Source: Ostreococcus lucimarinus (taxonomy: Eukaryota). Taken from it: a stretch of DNA of 64,000 nucleotides. The notes beneath the pieces were generated by a model. That model searched no databases and was not told the DNA's origin. It was given only the letters and a program-made list of their open reading frames with translations. Positions 29,259 to 39,028 of the stretch are shown piece after piece. Position numbers and translations under genes: made by a program. Each line of letters opens with the position of its first letter. The first letter of the stretch is position 1. Where the stretch lies: assembly GCA_000092065.1 (NCBI GenBank), contig CP000586.1; one strand, written 5' to 3'.

Positions 29259-30650
29259 TTATTCGCTGAGCTCGGTGCCGGCCTGAATGGACCCCCAGCC
29301 GATCAAGCGCCAATGCTTCTCGACGCGACGACTCAACGCGACTTTTTCGCCAACCTTGGTGCACACGGGCGACGTGAGCTGAAGCTTGGCGAGATCCGAC
29401 TTGACGGCGACGACGCGCGCGCCGGTGCACATGGAACCTATGTTCAACATCAAAACTTCGCTCTTGGCGAGCTTCGATACCTTCCCTTGGCGCTCGCTGC
29501 CTTGGGTGCGAACGCCGAGGAGACGACGGAGGAGGAAAAAGTTGACTTCGAGTTCGGTGAAAACCTCGGGGAGCTTGCCGACTTCGCCGAGCACTTGACC
29601 GACGAGGCGATCGGCGCGCGTGAGCGTCGGGTCGCACGTCGTACCGACGCCGATTAAACCACCCGGGACGGCGTACTGAAGCAGGTTTTGCTCCGCAAAC
29701 AGCGAAACGATGCGAGTCATGATGGGCTTGCACTGAATTTTCCCATCCGCGTCCTTGGTGACGATGCCGGGGCGAACCTCGATGTCTTGACCAACCTTCA
29801 ACACGCCTTGGAGAATCGATCCACCGGCGACGCCGCCTTGAATTTCTTCAACCTCTGCGCCGGGTTTGTTCACGTCGAACGATCGAATGACGATCATGTT
29901 CGGCGGGGAGATGAAATTCCTCTCCGGCACCGGAATCTTTTTGATGATGTACTCGCACACGACGTCGATGTTGTACTTTAACTGCGCCGAGATCGGAATC
30001 ACGGGCGCACCATCCGCGATCGTGCCTTGAATGAATTTGCAGATCGTATCGTACTGGTTCGCCGCCGCGTTCTCTTGCACCAAATCAATCTTATTTTGCA
30101 AAATGATGATGTGCTTCAGTCGCATAATCTCCACCGCCGCCAAGTGCTCGCTCGTCTGCGGCTGCGGACACGTCTCGTTCCCGGCGATCAACAACAACGC
30201 CCCATCCATCACGGCCGCCCCGTTCAACATGGTCGCCATCAAAATATCGTGTCCAGGGCAATCCACAAACGACACGTGTCGCACCAACTGCATCTTTTTA
30301 TCCTCGAATCCCTTCACCTCGCACGCCGGCGCGTCCTCCTTCGTCGACGAGTACGCTCGATAGCAATCCGGTCTCGGGCATTTCTCATCCTCGCACTTGT
30401 ATATCTTCGCGTTCGCGTATCCTAGCTTAATCGTAATGTTTCTCTCCAGCTCATTCTTAAACCGCACCGTCTGCACGCCGGAGATCGCCTTCACCACCGT
30501 CGATTTCCCGTGCGCGACGTGTCCGATGGTGCCGATGTTGATGGTGGCTTGCCTCGAGATCACCTCCGGCGACAGCGGCGTCAGCGACCCGACGTCCAGC
30601 GTCGCCAGGTCTTGCACGCTCAATCCATCGTCACCGCACGCGTACACCAT
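29259..30650 (-). CDS. EIF2S3: Translation initiation factor eIF2 gamma subunit
   Basis: Near full-length identity-level motifs ([29 protein letters not shown], zinc-knuckle region [13 protein letters not shown]). The track ORF extends 173 Arg-rich codons upstream from a TTG. The ATG at 30648-30650 (minus strand) gives a normal 463-aa protein. Confidence 0.9.
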   Translation of the reverse strand: MVYACGDDGLSVQDLATLDVGSLTPLSPEVISRQATINIGTIGHVAHGKSTVVKAISGVQTVRFKNELERNITIKLGYANAKIYKCEDEKCPRPDCYRAYSSTKEDAPACEVKGFEDKKMQLVRHVSFVDCPGHDILMATMLNGAAVMDGALLLIAGNETCPQPQTSEHLAAVEIMRLKHIIILQNKIDLVQENAAANQYDTICKFIQGTIADGAPVIPISAQLKYNIDVVCEYIIKKIPVPERNFISPPNMIVIRSFDVNKPGAEVEEIQGGVAGGSILQGVLKVGQDIEVRPGIVTKDADGKIQCKPIMTRIVSLFAEQNLLQYAVPGGLIGVGTTCDPTLTRADRLVGQVLGEVGKLPEVFTELEVNFFLLRRLLGVRTQGSERQGKVSKLAKSEVLMLNIGSMCTGARVVAVKSDLAKLQLTSPVCTKVGEKVALSRRVEKHWRLIGWGSIQAGTELSE

Positions 30651-30987
30651 CGCGCTTTCGAGCGCTTCAGCGCGCGCTCGCGCGTCCTCGCGCGTCGACC
30701 GATCGGAAACCCTCGCGTCGCCCCGCGCGCGTCCTTCGCCGCGCCTCGCGTCGCTCTTCGCGCGTCGCCGAGACGACCCGCGCGCTGCACCGCGTCCGTC
30801 TCGCGTCGGCGGTCGCGTCCGTCGCGCGTCGTCGAGCGCGTCGCGGTGTGCGCGCGACGCGCGACGACGACGACGCGCGGCGTCAAAACGAACCGCGCGA
30901 TCGACGCGACGCGGCGAGCGTCGACGCGCGCGCGCTCGAGCGCGACGGCCGACGCGGCGACGCGCGCGTCCGACGCGCCGCGCGCGA

Positions 30988-32352
30988 ATGCCGGCGAAAC
31001 GCGCGCGCGAGGCGGCGTCGCGAGGCGATGCGGCGTCGAACGACGACGCGAATCTCGCGCGGGCGATCGCCGGCGCGCGCGCGGCGTCGCTCGCGCGACG
31101 GGAAACGACGTGGACGGACGAACGATGCGACGGCGCGGCGGCGCCGGGCGCGAGGCGCACGGAGATCAACTTTCCGGGGTCGAGGGAGGAGTACGAGGAA
31201 TTGCTGCTGACGCTCGGCGACGGCGACGCGGCGAGACGCGCGGCGAATGTCGAGAAAAAATTGCGCGCGCGCGAGGGCGAAGCGGGAGAGGACGACGCGG
31301 ACGACGCGTGGACGGTGGCGGCGGTGATCGTGCCGGAGAATGGGCGCGCGGGCGAGGAGGGGGGGGGGGAGGGCGCGGCGCGCGACGGGAGGTGGGTGCA
31401 GTCGCACGACGCGGAGAGCGACGCGTTTTATTATTTTCACTCGGTGACGCACGAGACGACGTGGGAACGGCCGAGTGGGGTGGAGATCGTGCCGGACGAG
31501 ACGGCGGCGGCGAAGATGGCGGCGGAGGCGAAGGCGAAGGAGACGAAGGCGAAGGAGGCGCGAGAACGCGCGTTCGCGGAAGCGCGCGCGGACGCCGACG
31601 TCACGACCGACGCGTTGGACGCGTTGAAGAAGCACACGTCCGTGGACGTCGCGCGCGTCAAGTTGCCGGGACTGAAGAGTTGGTATTACGAAGATGATTC
31701 GGGGAATTGGCAGGGGCCGTTCGCCGCGACCGAGTTGATGGCGTGGCGAGCGATGCTTCCCATGGAGCTTCGTCTCTTCGAGCACGGTGACGAAGAGGCC
31801 GAGACGACGCTCGCGAATGTGCTCGGTGACGCGCCCCTGCTCGCGCAGTGCGCCGCGCTCGGGGTTGTTTTACCCCCGCGGTCGACGGCGGCGCACGCCC
31901 AAGCCGCGCTTCGCGAGGCCAAGGGCTCGGCGGCGCTTCCAGAGGACGAAGCAGAAGAGGAGCCTCGAGCGCGAAACGATTGGGAACGGGCCGTCATGGA
32001 AGGCTTACCTCCCGAGCGAGCGATCATGAGCGGCGCCGATCCCGCCGAAGTGGCGCGAAAAGTGATCGAAAAACGCGCCGCCGATTTGGAAGCGTCGTAC
32101 GCTTCCACGGGCGTGTACAACACCATGCTGCATAGAATTACAGACGCATCGACGATTGCGAAATCGACGTCGGTTTATAGCGACATAGGATTAGACAATT
32201 ACGTGGACACGACCACGCTCGACGCGGCGCTGCACGAGATGAAGAATCGCAAGCACGTCAAGTTGACCCCAAAGCAAATCGCGCGACTCAAGGAGCGCAA
32301 ACGCAAGCTCAAAGACAAGTTCAACAACGAATGGTTGCGAAGAGACGATTGA
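30988..32352 (+). CDS. WW-domain protein with a GYF-like domain
   Basis: WW domain ([29 protein letters not shown]) and a GYF-like segment ([34 protein letters not shown]). I chose the in-frame ATG at 30988, which leaves a 337-bp divergent spacer to eIF2 gamma. The track ORF from 30397 starts at TTG and overlaps the eIF2 gamma CDS. Confidence 0.55.
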   Translation: MPAKRAREAASRGDAASNDDANLARAIAGARAASLARRETTWTDERCDGAAAPGARRTEINFPGSREEYEELLLTLGDGDAARRAANVEKKLRAREGEAGEDDADDAWTVAAVIVPENGRAGEEGGGEGAARDGRWVQSHDAESDAFYYFHSVTHETTWERPSGVEIVPDETAAAKMAAEAKAKETKAKEARERAFAEARADADVTTDALDALKKHTSVDVARVKLPGLKSWYYEDDSGNWQGPFAATELMAWRAMLPMELRLFEHGDEEAETTLANVLGDAPLLAQCAALGVVLPPRSTAAHAQAALREAKGSAALPEDEAEEEPRARNDWERAVMEGLPPERAIMSGADPAEVARKVIEKRAADLEASYASTGVYNTMLHRITDASTIAKSTSVYSDIGLDNYVDTTTLDAALHEMKNRKHVKLTPKQIARLKERKRKLKDKFNNEWLRRDD

Positions 32353-32498
32353 GCGAGCGCTTCGGTGTGGCGAATTAGATATGGATGTGGCGAATTAGAT
32401 AGTTAAGATAGAAGAAGCCAGCTTACAAATGTCGTAGCGTTACACAGTTTGCAATATTGATTGTTCGCTAAAGATTGAAAAATGCGAAGTCGCTCGAA

Positions 32499-33824
32499 TC
32501 AGATGTTGCTCAACCCGGTCGCCGCTCTAAACGCGTCGTTATACGCGGTGTAATTGGGATCATTTCGCCATACTTCGTTCTTACTTTGTTTGCGTTCTTC
32601 TTTCGTGTTGTCTCGGTGCCTCCAAAACGCAGCGAGCATGCTGCCGAGGACGGAGTGCACCGTCGCGGAAATCGCGCACGGCACCGCGACCAACGGATCG
32701 GCAAAGTGTGCGGAGGCGAGAACGACGCCGAGCGCCGAGTTTTGCATGCCAACTTCGATGCTCATCGTTCGCGAGGTCTTACTCGAGAATCCAGCGGAGC
32801 GGGACAGGAAGTATCCCAAACCGAACCCGAGCGTATGCAGCAAGGCGACGGCGGCGATGAGCGTCGGTCCCGCGGCGAGAATCTGAGTCGACGTGCGACC
32901 GATGATGGACGCGCAAATCAGCGCCACCGTGAGAACCGCAGTGATCGGCGCGAATGGCTCGAGCGTCTCGCTGAACTTGGGCGCGTACTTCTTCAACACC
33001 AAACCAGCGACGACTGGAAGCAACACGACTTTGCACGTGCTGACGAATAACCCGCCGCCGTCGACGGGGATCATCGTTCCCGCGAGATGCTGCGTCAACG
33101 TCGGCGTCATCACCGTCGCCATGAACGTGCTCACCGTGGTCAACACCACGCTCAGCGGCACGCTCGCACCGGCCAGAAACGTCACGACGTTCGACGCCGT
33201 CCCTCCCGGACAGCACCCGACCAAAATCAACCCCGCCGCGAGCGATTGATTCGCCAGAAACATTTTCCCGACCAAAAACGCCAGCGTCGGCATCACCGTG
33301 TACTGCAGCGCGACGCCCATCCCAATCTTCCACGGCTGCCCGAACACCGCGCGGAAATCGCTCAAATCGAGCGTGATCCCCATCCCCAGCATCGTCCCCG
33401 CGAGCGCGTACGTCACCGCGTCGCCTCGAAACCAGCTCACCGTTCCCGGCGCGCACATCCCCGCCAGCGCCCCGAGCGCGACGAACACCGGGAAATACCC
33501 CGTCGCCGTCGCGCACGCGTCGATCGCGCGCTCGCGCGTCGTCTTCGGCGTGTCCACGAAGAACCCGCTCTCCCTATCGCTCTCGTGCGTCGCCCGCGTC
33601 TTCGCGCGCGCGCCTCGCGCGCGCGCCTCGCGATCGCGCGCGTCGTCGCGCGTCGTCGCCGCCGCGCTCTCGATCGCGCGCGCGCGTCGATCCGCGCGCG
33701 TCGCGACGCGCGCGCGCGTCGCGCATCGCGCCGTCGCCGATTCGCGTCCCGTCGAATTCCGACGCGCGCGCGCGTCCGCGCGCCATCGCGCGCCGCGCGC
33801 GACGGCGCGCGTCGTCGTCAGCAT
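32499..33824 (-). CDS. Bile acid:sodium symporter family (BASS) transporter, probably plastid-targeted
   Basis: Multi-transmembrane SBF/BASS core (GMCAPGTVSWF, ALQYTVMPTLAFLV, VGCCPGGTASNVVTFLA, GMQNSALGVVLA). The N-terminal about 90 aa are Arg/Ala/Thr-rich and transit-peptide-like. The start is uncertain between in-frame ATGs at 33824, 33917 and 33974. Confidence 0.8.
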   Translation of the reverse strand: MLTTTRAVARGARWRADARARRNSTGRESATARCATRARVATRADRRARAIESAAATTRDDARDREARARGARAKTRATHESDRESGFFVDTPKTTRERAIDACATATGYFPVFVALGALAGMCAPGTVSWFRGDAVTYALAGTMLGMGITLDLSDFRAVFGQPWKIGMGVALQYTVMPTLAFLVGKMFLANQSLAAGLILVGCCPGGTASNVVTFLAGASVPLSVVLTTVSTFMATVMTPTLTQHLAGTMIPVDGGGLFVSTCKVVLLPVVAGLVLKKYAPKFSETLEPFAPITAVLTVALICASIIGRTSTQILAAGPTLIAAVALLHTLGFGLGYFLSRSAGFSSKTSRTMSIEVGMQNSALGVVLASAHFADPLVAVPCAISATVHSVLGSMLAAFWRHRDNTKEERKQSKNEVWRNDPNYTAYNDAFRAATGLSNI

Positions 33825-33915
33825 CGCGCGCGCGCGTTCGCGTCTCGAGCGCGCGCGCGCGGCGACGTCTCGCGCGCGGTGGAGTGATGCTGACGCGGCA
33901 TCACACCGCGACGCC

Positions 33916-34731
33916 ATGGCGTCGAGCGACGACGACGCGCTCGAGCGCGCGACGCGCGCGCGCGAGGACGACATCGCGCGCGTGCTCGGGACGAACCGAC
34001 AGGCGCGACGCGACGCGCGCGCGCGGCTGGACGCGGACGAGGCGCTCGCGCGAAGATTACAGCGCGAGGAGGACGAGGCGTACGCGGAAGAAGCGGCGCG
34101 GCGCGACGTCCGAGCCGCGCAGGCGGGCACGAATCCGTTCGCGGGATTCATGGAGGACGTTCTGGGCGCGGTGCGCGGCGCGGTGGACGGCGAGGTCGAG
34201 AGGGGGACGGGGAGACGCGCGCGGGCGGGCGACGGCGACGCGAGGCGAGACGACGCGCGCGGCGACGACGGCGACGGACGAGGGCGATTCACGCTCGAAA
34301 TCCCGATCGGGAGCGGTGGGGAGACGCTCAGGATCGATCCCGCGGCGATGTTCGGGGACGAGGACGCGGGCGGGGGGGTCGCAGGGTTCGGCGGTTTCGA
34401 CGGGTTCGACGACGCGTTTCGGAGGTTGGGCGCGCCGGGGAGCATCTTGGACATGTTGAACGCGATGCAAGGGATGAATTGGGGCGGGCGCGGGGGAGGG
34501 GGTGGAATGCGCGAAAACGAGCGCGCGGCGATGCCGACGGAGACGTACGCGCGAGGCGCCGATGAAAACGAGAACGAAACGTGCAGCGTGTGCCTTTCGC
34601 AAATGGAAACCGGCGAGGAGGCGAAGAGGCTCGGGTGTAAGCACGTGTATCATCCCGCGTGCATCGATCGATGGCTCGAACGAAGTAGGTTGTGTCCGGT
34701 GTGCAAACGAGACGTTTGTGCCGCGAGGTAG
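33916..34731 (+). CDS. RING-H2 finger E3 ubiquitin ligase-like protein
   Basis: C-terminal RING-H2 (CSVCLSQMETGEEAKRLGCKHVYHPACIDRWLERSRLCPVCKR) and an acidic/Arg-rich N-terminus. The start is the ATG at 33916 (MASSDDD...). The track ORF from 33298 is upstream low complexity. Confidence 0.7.
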   Translation: MASSDDDALERATRAREDDIARVLGTNRQARRDARARLDADEALARRLQREEDEAYAEEAARRDVRAAQAGTNPFAGFMEDVLGAVRGAVDGEVERGTGRRARAGDGDARRDDARGDDGDGRGRFTLEIPIGSGGETLRIDPAAMFGDEDAGGGVAGFGGFDGFDDAFRRLGAPGSILDMLNAMQGMNWGGRGGGGGMRENERAAMPTETYARGADENENETCSVCLSQMETGEEAKRLGCKHVYHPACIDRWLERSRLCPVCKRDVCAAR

Positions 34732-34802
34732 GTTAGCAAAGCTGCTTATGCGTCGTTTAATTCAAATTACAATGCAGTCGCGCGCGCGTCTTCTACGGTC
34801 TT

Positions 34803-36377
34803 CTATCGGCGCGCCGCCATCCAATCGGGCACGAATGCGCGCCGTTTCTTGGTCGATCTCGCGTTATCGTCGTCGGTCGACGCGATCGTCGCCTTTTTCC
34901 TCGGCAAAGGCGCGGTGATGATGTCGAACGCGCGCTGACACCGCGCGTCCCAGTCTTGTCGAATCTTCGCTTCGCGCTCGAGCCACGTCATCTTCTTCGG
35001 CGGTTCGAAGACGACGCCGTTCTCCGCCGCGGCTAAACGCACGCTCGGTTTGTCGGGTACCTTGGGAGGCTTGATCGTGACGTCTTCCACGTTCACGCGC
35101 GATTTCAACACCCCGTGTTCGTCCTTGACTTTGCTCCAAAAGTCCGTGAGCGCTCTGCCGCCGAGTTCGTCGAGCGGGATCGGCGCGTCGGCGTCGCGCG
35201 GATAGAACCCTTCGGAGAACTCGCCCGTGCACAAATGCCCGAAATGAATCAAAGGATCGTGAACTTCTTCGGCGTCGCCATTTACGCGCGTGTTACCCAT
35301 GACGCACCCGGGGCGCACGGCGCGCACGAACGCTTCGAGCTCGTTGTACGGCGCGTGCAGAGAGTACGCCACCGAGACGATGCGCCCCGCGGCGGCGTTC
35401 TCATCGATCGGCACGTCCATGCCGTGCGCGTTGGCGCCGTCGTCGTCGACACGCCCCGTTCCAGTCGCAGTGCCACTTCTATCGCGCACCGCGCTCCATC
35501 CGGTGGGCAAAATCGCGAGCGGCGGCGCGTCCTCGTGCCGCAGTCCCGCGGCGAGCGAGCGCAGCGTCGACGGCCGAACGTGCTGTTTCGGTACGCATCG
35601 TATGTTTGTGCGCGCGCGCGCGTCCAAAGCCTCGTTCGCCGATCGCGTGATCAAAAGCGCCTTTTCGCACGCCCTCGTGCCGTGCATGAAACGCGCGTAC
35701 GACGACACCAAATACCTATTGTCCGCCAACTCCACCGGACACCCCACGGCTTCGCTCACCGCGCACGCCAAATCCTCCTTCCCGAGCGAATCCACGCCTA
35801 ATACGATCGGCCGATCCATGTTCGCCTCGCACAGCGCGATCACCTCCGCCGTCGCGCTTCCGCGATCGGGAAACACGCACGTCGGATGCGCGTACGTGTT
35901 ATCCAGGTACAACGCGTCGATCGGCGCCCGCGTCACGCATCTCGGCAGCGCCGCCCTCGTCCCGAAATCTTCCCGTCTAAAATCTCCCGTGTGCAGCACG
36001 CGTCCGCGCGGTCCATCGATCAGCACCATCGCGCTCCCCGGGCAGTGTCCCGCGTCGATCAGCGTCACCGTGACCGTCGTGTTCGCCGTCAATCGTATCG
36101 CCGTCGGTTCGCCGACTTCGAGCGCGCGCGCGTGTCGCCCCAGCGTCGGCCATCGCCTCACCAGCACCTCTCGCGTGATCTCCGTGCAGAAGATCTTCCC
36201 CCCCGCGCGCGCCGGCGACCATCCTCGGCGTCCCAATCCGACGACGTGATCCGCGTGCGCGTGCGTGCAAAAGTGCGCGCGCACGTTCGTCGCGCTCGTC
36301 GGTGCCCAGAAATCGATCGTCACGCTCGCGTCGCGCGACACCGCGATCGGAAGCGCGCGCAGGCCCGCGGTGGCCAT
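34803..36377 (-). CDS. SNM1: SNM1/PSO2/Artemis-family DNA repair metallo-beta-lactamase nuclease
   Basis: HxHxDH motif (HFCTHAHADH), DAGHCPGS and LHTGDFR motifs, and a beta-CASP-like middle. The start is an ATG. The C-terminal 150 aa are an additional basic region. Confidence 0.75.
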   Translation of the reverse strand: MATAGLRALPIAVSRDASVTIDFWAPTSATNVRAHFCTHAHADHVVGLGRRGWSPARAGGKIFCTEITREVLVRRWPTLGRHARALEVGEPTAIRLTANTTVTVTLIDAGHCPGSAMVLIDGPRGRVLHTGDFRREDFGTRAALPRCVTRAPIDALYLDNTYAHPTCVFPDRGSATAEVIALCEANMDRPIVLGVDSLGKEDLACAVSEAVGCPVELADNRYLVSSYARFMHGTRACEKALLITRSANEALDARARTNIRCVPKQHVRPSTLRSLAAGLRHEDAPPLAILPTGWSAVRDRSGTATGTGRVDDDGANAHGMDVPIDENAAAGRIVSVAYSLHAPYNELEAFVRAVRPGCVMGNTRVNGDAEEVHDPLIHFGHLCTGEFSEGFYPRDADAPIPLDELGGRALTDFWSKVKDEHGVLKSRVNVEDVTIKPPKVPDKPSVRLAAAENGVVFEPPKKMTWLEREAKIRQDWDARCQRAFDIITAPLPRKKATIASTDDDNARSTKKRRAFVPDWMAARR

Positions 36378-36619
36378 CCCGAGACGCCGAGACGTCGTCC
36401 CGCGCGCGGGTCGTCGCGGCGCGCGCGGTCGGCGACGCGACGCGACGCGCGACGCGTTTTACCGTCGCGACGCGCCGAACGGTCAACGACGATCTGACGC
36501 CACTCGACGCCGCGCGTCGGTGAAGCGCGCCCGTCGTCGACGCGCGCGCGACGCGCGCGCGGGAGACGCGAAACGAACGACGCGCGCGAGGCGATCGCGC
36601 GCGCGGCGAACGACGCGCG

Positions 36620-37897
36620 ATGGACCTGGACGCCGCGTTCGATGACGATCAAACGCGCGCGCTCGCGGAGCTCGAAAACGCGCCGCTCGACGACGTCCTG
36701 GCGCGGGCGCGCATGCTCGAGCACGAGCTCCGCGTGCTGCGCGATGAGAGCAATCGCCTGAACCTGGAGTGCCAGGGCGAGCGAGAGCGGGTGAAGGACA
36801 ACGAGGAGAAGATCAAGCTGAATAAGCAGCTGCCGTACTTGGTGGGGAACGTGGTGGAACTCTTGGACTTGGCGCCGGAGGAAGAGGAGCTGGAGGATCA
36901 AGCGACGGCGGACGTGGACGCGCAGCGACGAGGGAAGGCGGTGGTGCTGAAGACGACGACGAGGCAGACGATATTCTTGCCCGTGGTCGGGTTGGTGGAC
37001 GCGGAGACGCTGAAACCGGGGGACTTGGTGGGGGTGAATAAGGATTCGTATTTGATTTTGGACACGCTTCCGGCGGAGTACGATTCGCGAGTGAAGGCGA
37101 TGGAGGTGGACGAGAAGCCGACGGATGATTACACCGACATAGGGGGGCTTGAGAAACAAATTCGGGAGATGCGGGAAGCCATCGTGTTGCCGATGACGCA
37201 CGCGGCCAAGTTCGCGAAACTCGGTATTCGACCGCCGAAAGGGGTGCTTTTGTACGGACCGCCCGGGACGGGAAAGACGTTGATCGCGCGAGCGTGCGCG
37301 GCGCAGACGAACGCGGCGTATCTCAAGCTCGCGGGGCCGCTGTTGGTGCAAATGTTCATCGGCGACGGCGCAAAGTTGGTGCGAGACGCGTTCGCGTTGG
37401 CCAAGGAAAAGTCGCCAGCCATCATCTTCATCGATGAGATCGACGCCATCGGGACCAAGCGTTTCGATTCCGACACCAACGGTGATCGCGAAGTCCAGCG
37501 CACGATGTTAGAGCTCCTTAATCAGCTCGATGGGTTCTCGAGCGACGATAGAATCAAAATCATCGCCGCCACGAACCGAGCCGATATTCTCGATCCCGCG
37601 CTCATGCGCTCCGGTCGACTCGACCGTAAGATCGAGTTCCCTCATCCGAACGAAGATGCTCGAGCGCAAATCATGAAGATCCACTCCCGCAAGATGAACG
37701 TTAACCCCGAGGTGAACTTTGACGAGCTCGCTCGCGGCACCGAAGATTTCAACGGCGCCCAGCTCAAAGCCGTGTGCGTCGAAGCCGGCATGCTCGCCCT
37801 CCGTCGCGACGGCACGGAGATCACGCACGAAGATTTTAACGAGGGTATCATCCAAGTTCAGGCTAAGAAGAAGGCTGACTTGTTTTACTACGCCTAG
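36620..37897 (+). CDS. RPT5: 26S proteasome regulatory ATPase subunit RPT5 (PSMC3)
   Basis: Near-identical blocks to RPT5 along its whole length ([51 protein letters not shown], ending [18 protein letters not shown]). Confidence 0.92.
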   Translation: MDLDAAFDDDQTRALAELENAPLDDVLARARMLEHELRVLRDESNRLNLECQGERERVKDNEEKIKLNKQLPYLVGNVVELLDLAPEEEELEDQATADVDAQRRGKAVVLKTTTRQTIFLPVVGLVDAETLKPGDLVGVNKDSYLILDTLPAEYDSRVKAMEVDEKPTDDYTDIGGLEKQIREMREAIVLPMTHAAKFAKLGIRPPKGVLLYGPPGTGKTLIARACAAQTNAAYLKLAGPLLVQMFIGDGAKLVRDAFALAKEKSPAIIFIDEIDAIGTKRFDSDTNGDREVQRTMLELLNQLDGFSSDDRIKIIAATNRADILDPALMRSGRLDRKIEFPHPNEDARAQIMKIHSRKMNVNPEVNFDELARGTEDFNGAQLKAVCVEAGMLALRRDGTEITHEDFNEGIIQVQAKKKADLFYYA

Positions 37898-38039
37898 TTA
37901 GCGCCCCGTTTGAGTTGTAGTTTCGACGCCAGATTTTAGTACACCCTAAACCTGTTAGACGCTAGGGTTGACGTTGTATTTGACCCTACCTCTCGGCGCC
38001 ACATCTCGACGCGCCCGTCGCGGACGACGCGCGATCGCC

Positions 38040-38972
38040 ATGGTGCGCAAGCCGCGATGGGAAGAGATCGACGCCGACGCGTCCACGGCGTCCGTGAACG
38101 CCTCGCACGCGGGCTCGAGCGACGTCGACGGCGCGATCGAAGGCGTCAAGTCGATCTCGATCGGCGGCGCCTCCGCGACCGCGGCCGGCGAGTTACCGCC
38201 GAGCGAAAAGCACGGCCCGGACGCGGAGGGCGTGTGGACGTCCATCACGTATCAACTCAACGAGGCGGGGATGCGGACGAGGACGGTGAAAAAGTACAAG
38301 GAGCACGAGGTGACGAAGAAGGTGACGCCGGGGATGTTGGAGCGAAAAACCTGGGAAAAATTCGGCGACGCGAAGCGGTATAAACCGGGAGATGAGAGCA
38401 TGACGGCGGTGTCGTTAGAAGAGATATTTTTGGAGAAGACTCGCGCGCAGCCGAAGAGTGAGCTTGAGAAGGCTGAGGATCCGCTTGCGGCGATGGCGAG
38501 CGCGCAGACGTCGCTGTTGGTGTGCCGAACGTGCGGAAAGAAGGGCGACCACTGGACTTCGAAGTGTCCGTATAAGGATTTAGCCAACGATGGGAGTAAA
38601 CCGCCGGATGAGGAAGGCGGACTTGGGGCGAGAAAGCCCGGGGGGTACGTGCCGCCGTCGATGCGCGCAGGCGCGTCCGGGGCTGGGGCGTCGATGGATC
38701 GACGTCGGGACGAAAACTCTATTCGCGTGTCCAACTTGTCGGAGGATACGCGCGAGCAAGATTTGCAAGAGTTGTTCCGACCGTTCGGCCCTGTTACGCG
38801 CATTTACGTCGCCATCAACCGCGAGACTGGCGAGGCGCGTGGTTTTGCGTTCGTTAATATGGTAAGCAAAGAAGACGGCGAACGCGCCATCGCCAAGCTC
38901 GACGGCTACGGTTACGACAACCTCATTCTTCGCGTTGAATGGGCGGCGCCGCGCGAGGAGCGCCCGAGATAG
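38040..38972 (+). CDS. EIF3G: Translation initiation factor eIF3 subunit G (zinc knuckle plus RRM)
   Basis: Zinc knuckle CRTCGKKGDHWTSKCPYKD and a C-terminal RRM (IRVSNLSEDTREQDLQELFRPFGPVTRIYVAINRETGEARGFAFVNM). The ATG is at 38040. The track start at 37968 is upstream of it. Confidence 0.85.
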   Translation: MVRKPRWEEIDADASTASVNASHAGSSDVDGAIEGVKSISIGGASATAAGELPPSEKHGPDAEGVWTSITYQLNEAGMRTRTVKKYKEHEVTKKVTPGMLERKTWEKFGDAKRYKPGDESMTAVSLEEIFLEKTRAQPKSELEKAEDPLAAMASAQTSLLVCRTCGKKGDHWTSKCPYKDLANDGSKPPDEEGGLGARKPGGYVPPSMRAGASGAGASMDRRRDENSIRVSNLSEDTREQDLQELFRPFGPVTRIYVAINRETGEARGFAFVNMVSKEDGERAIAKLDGYGYDNLILRVEWAAPREERPR

Positions 38973-39028
38973 TAGTTGATGATTAAGACGAAAATACGTT
39001 ACATGCGTACTATGACACTTTAAGAGTC

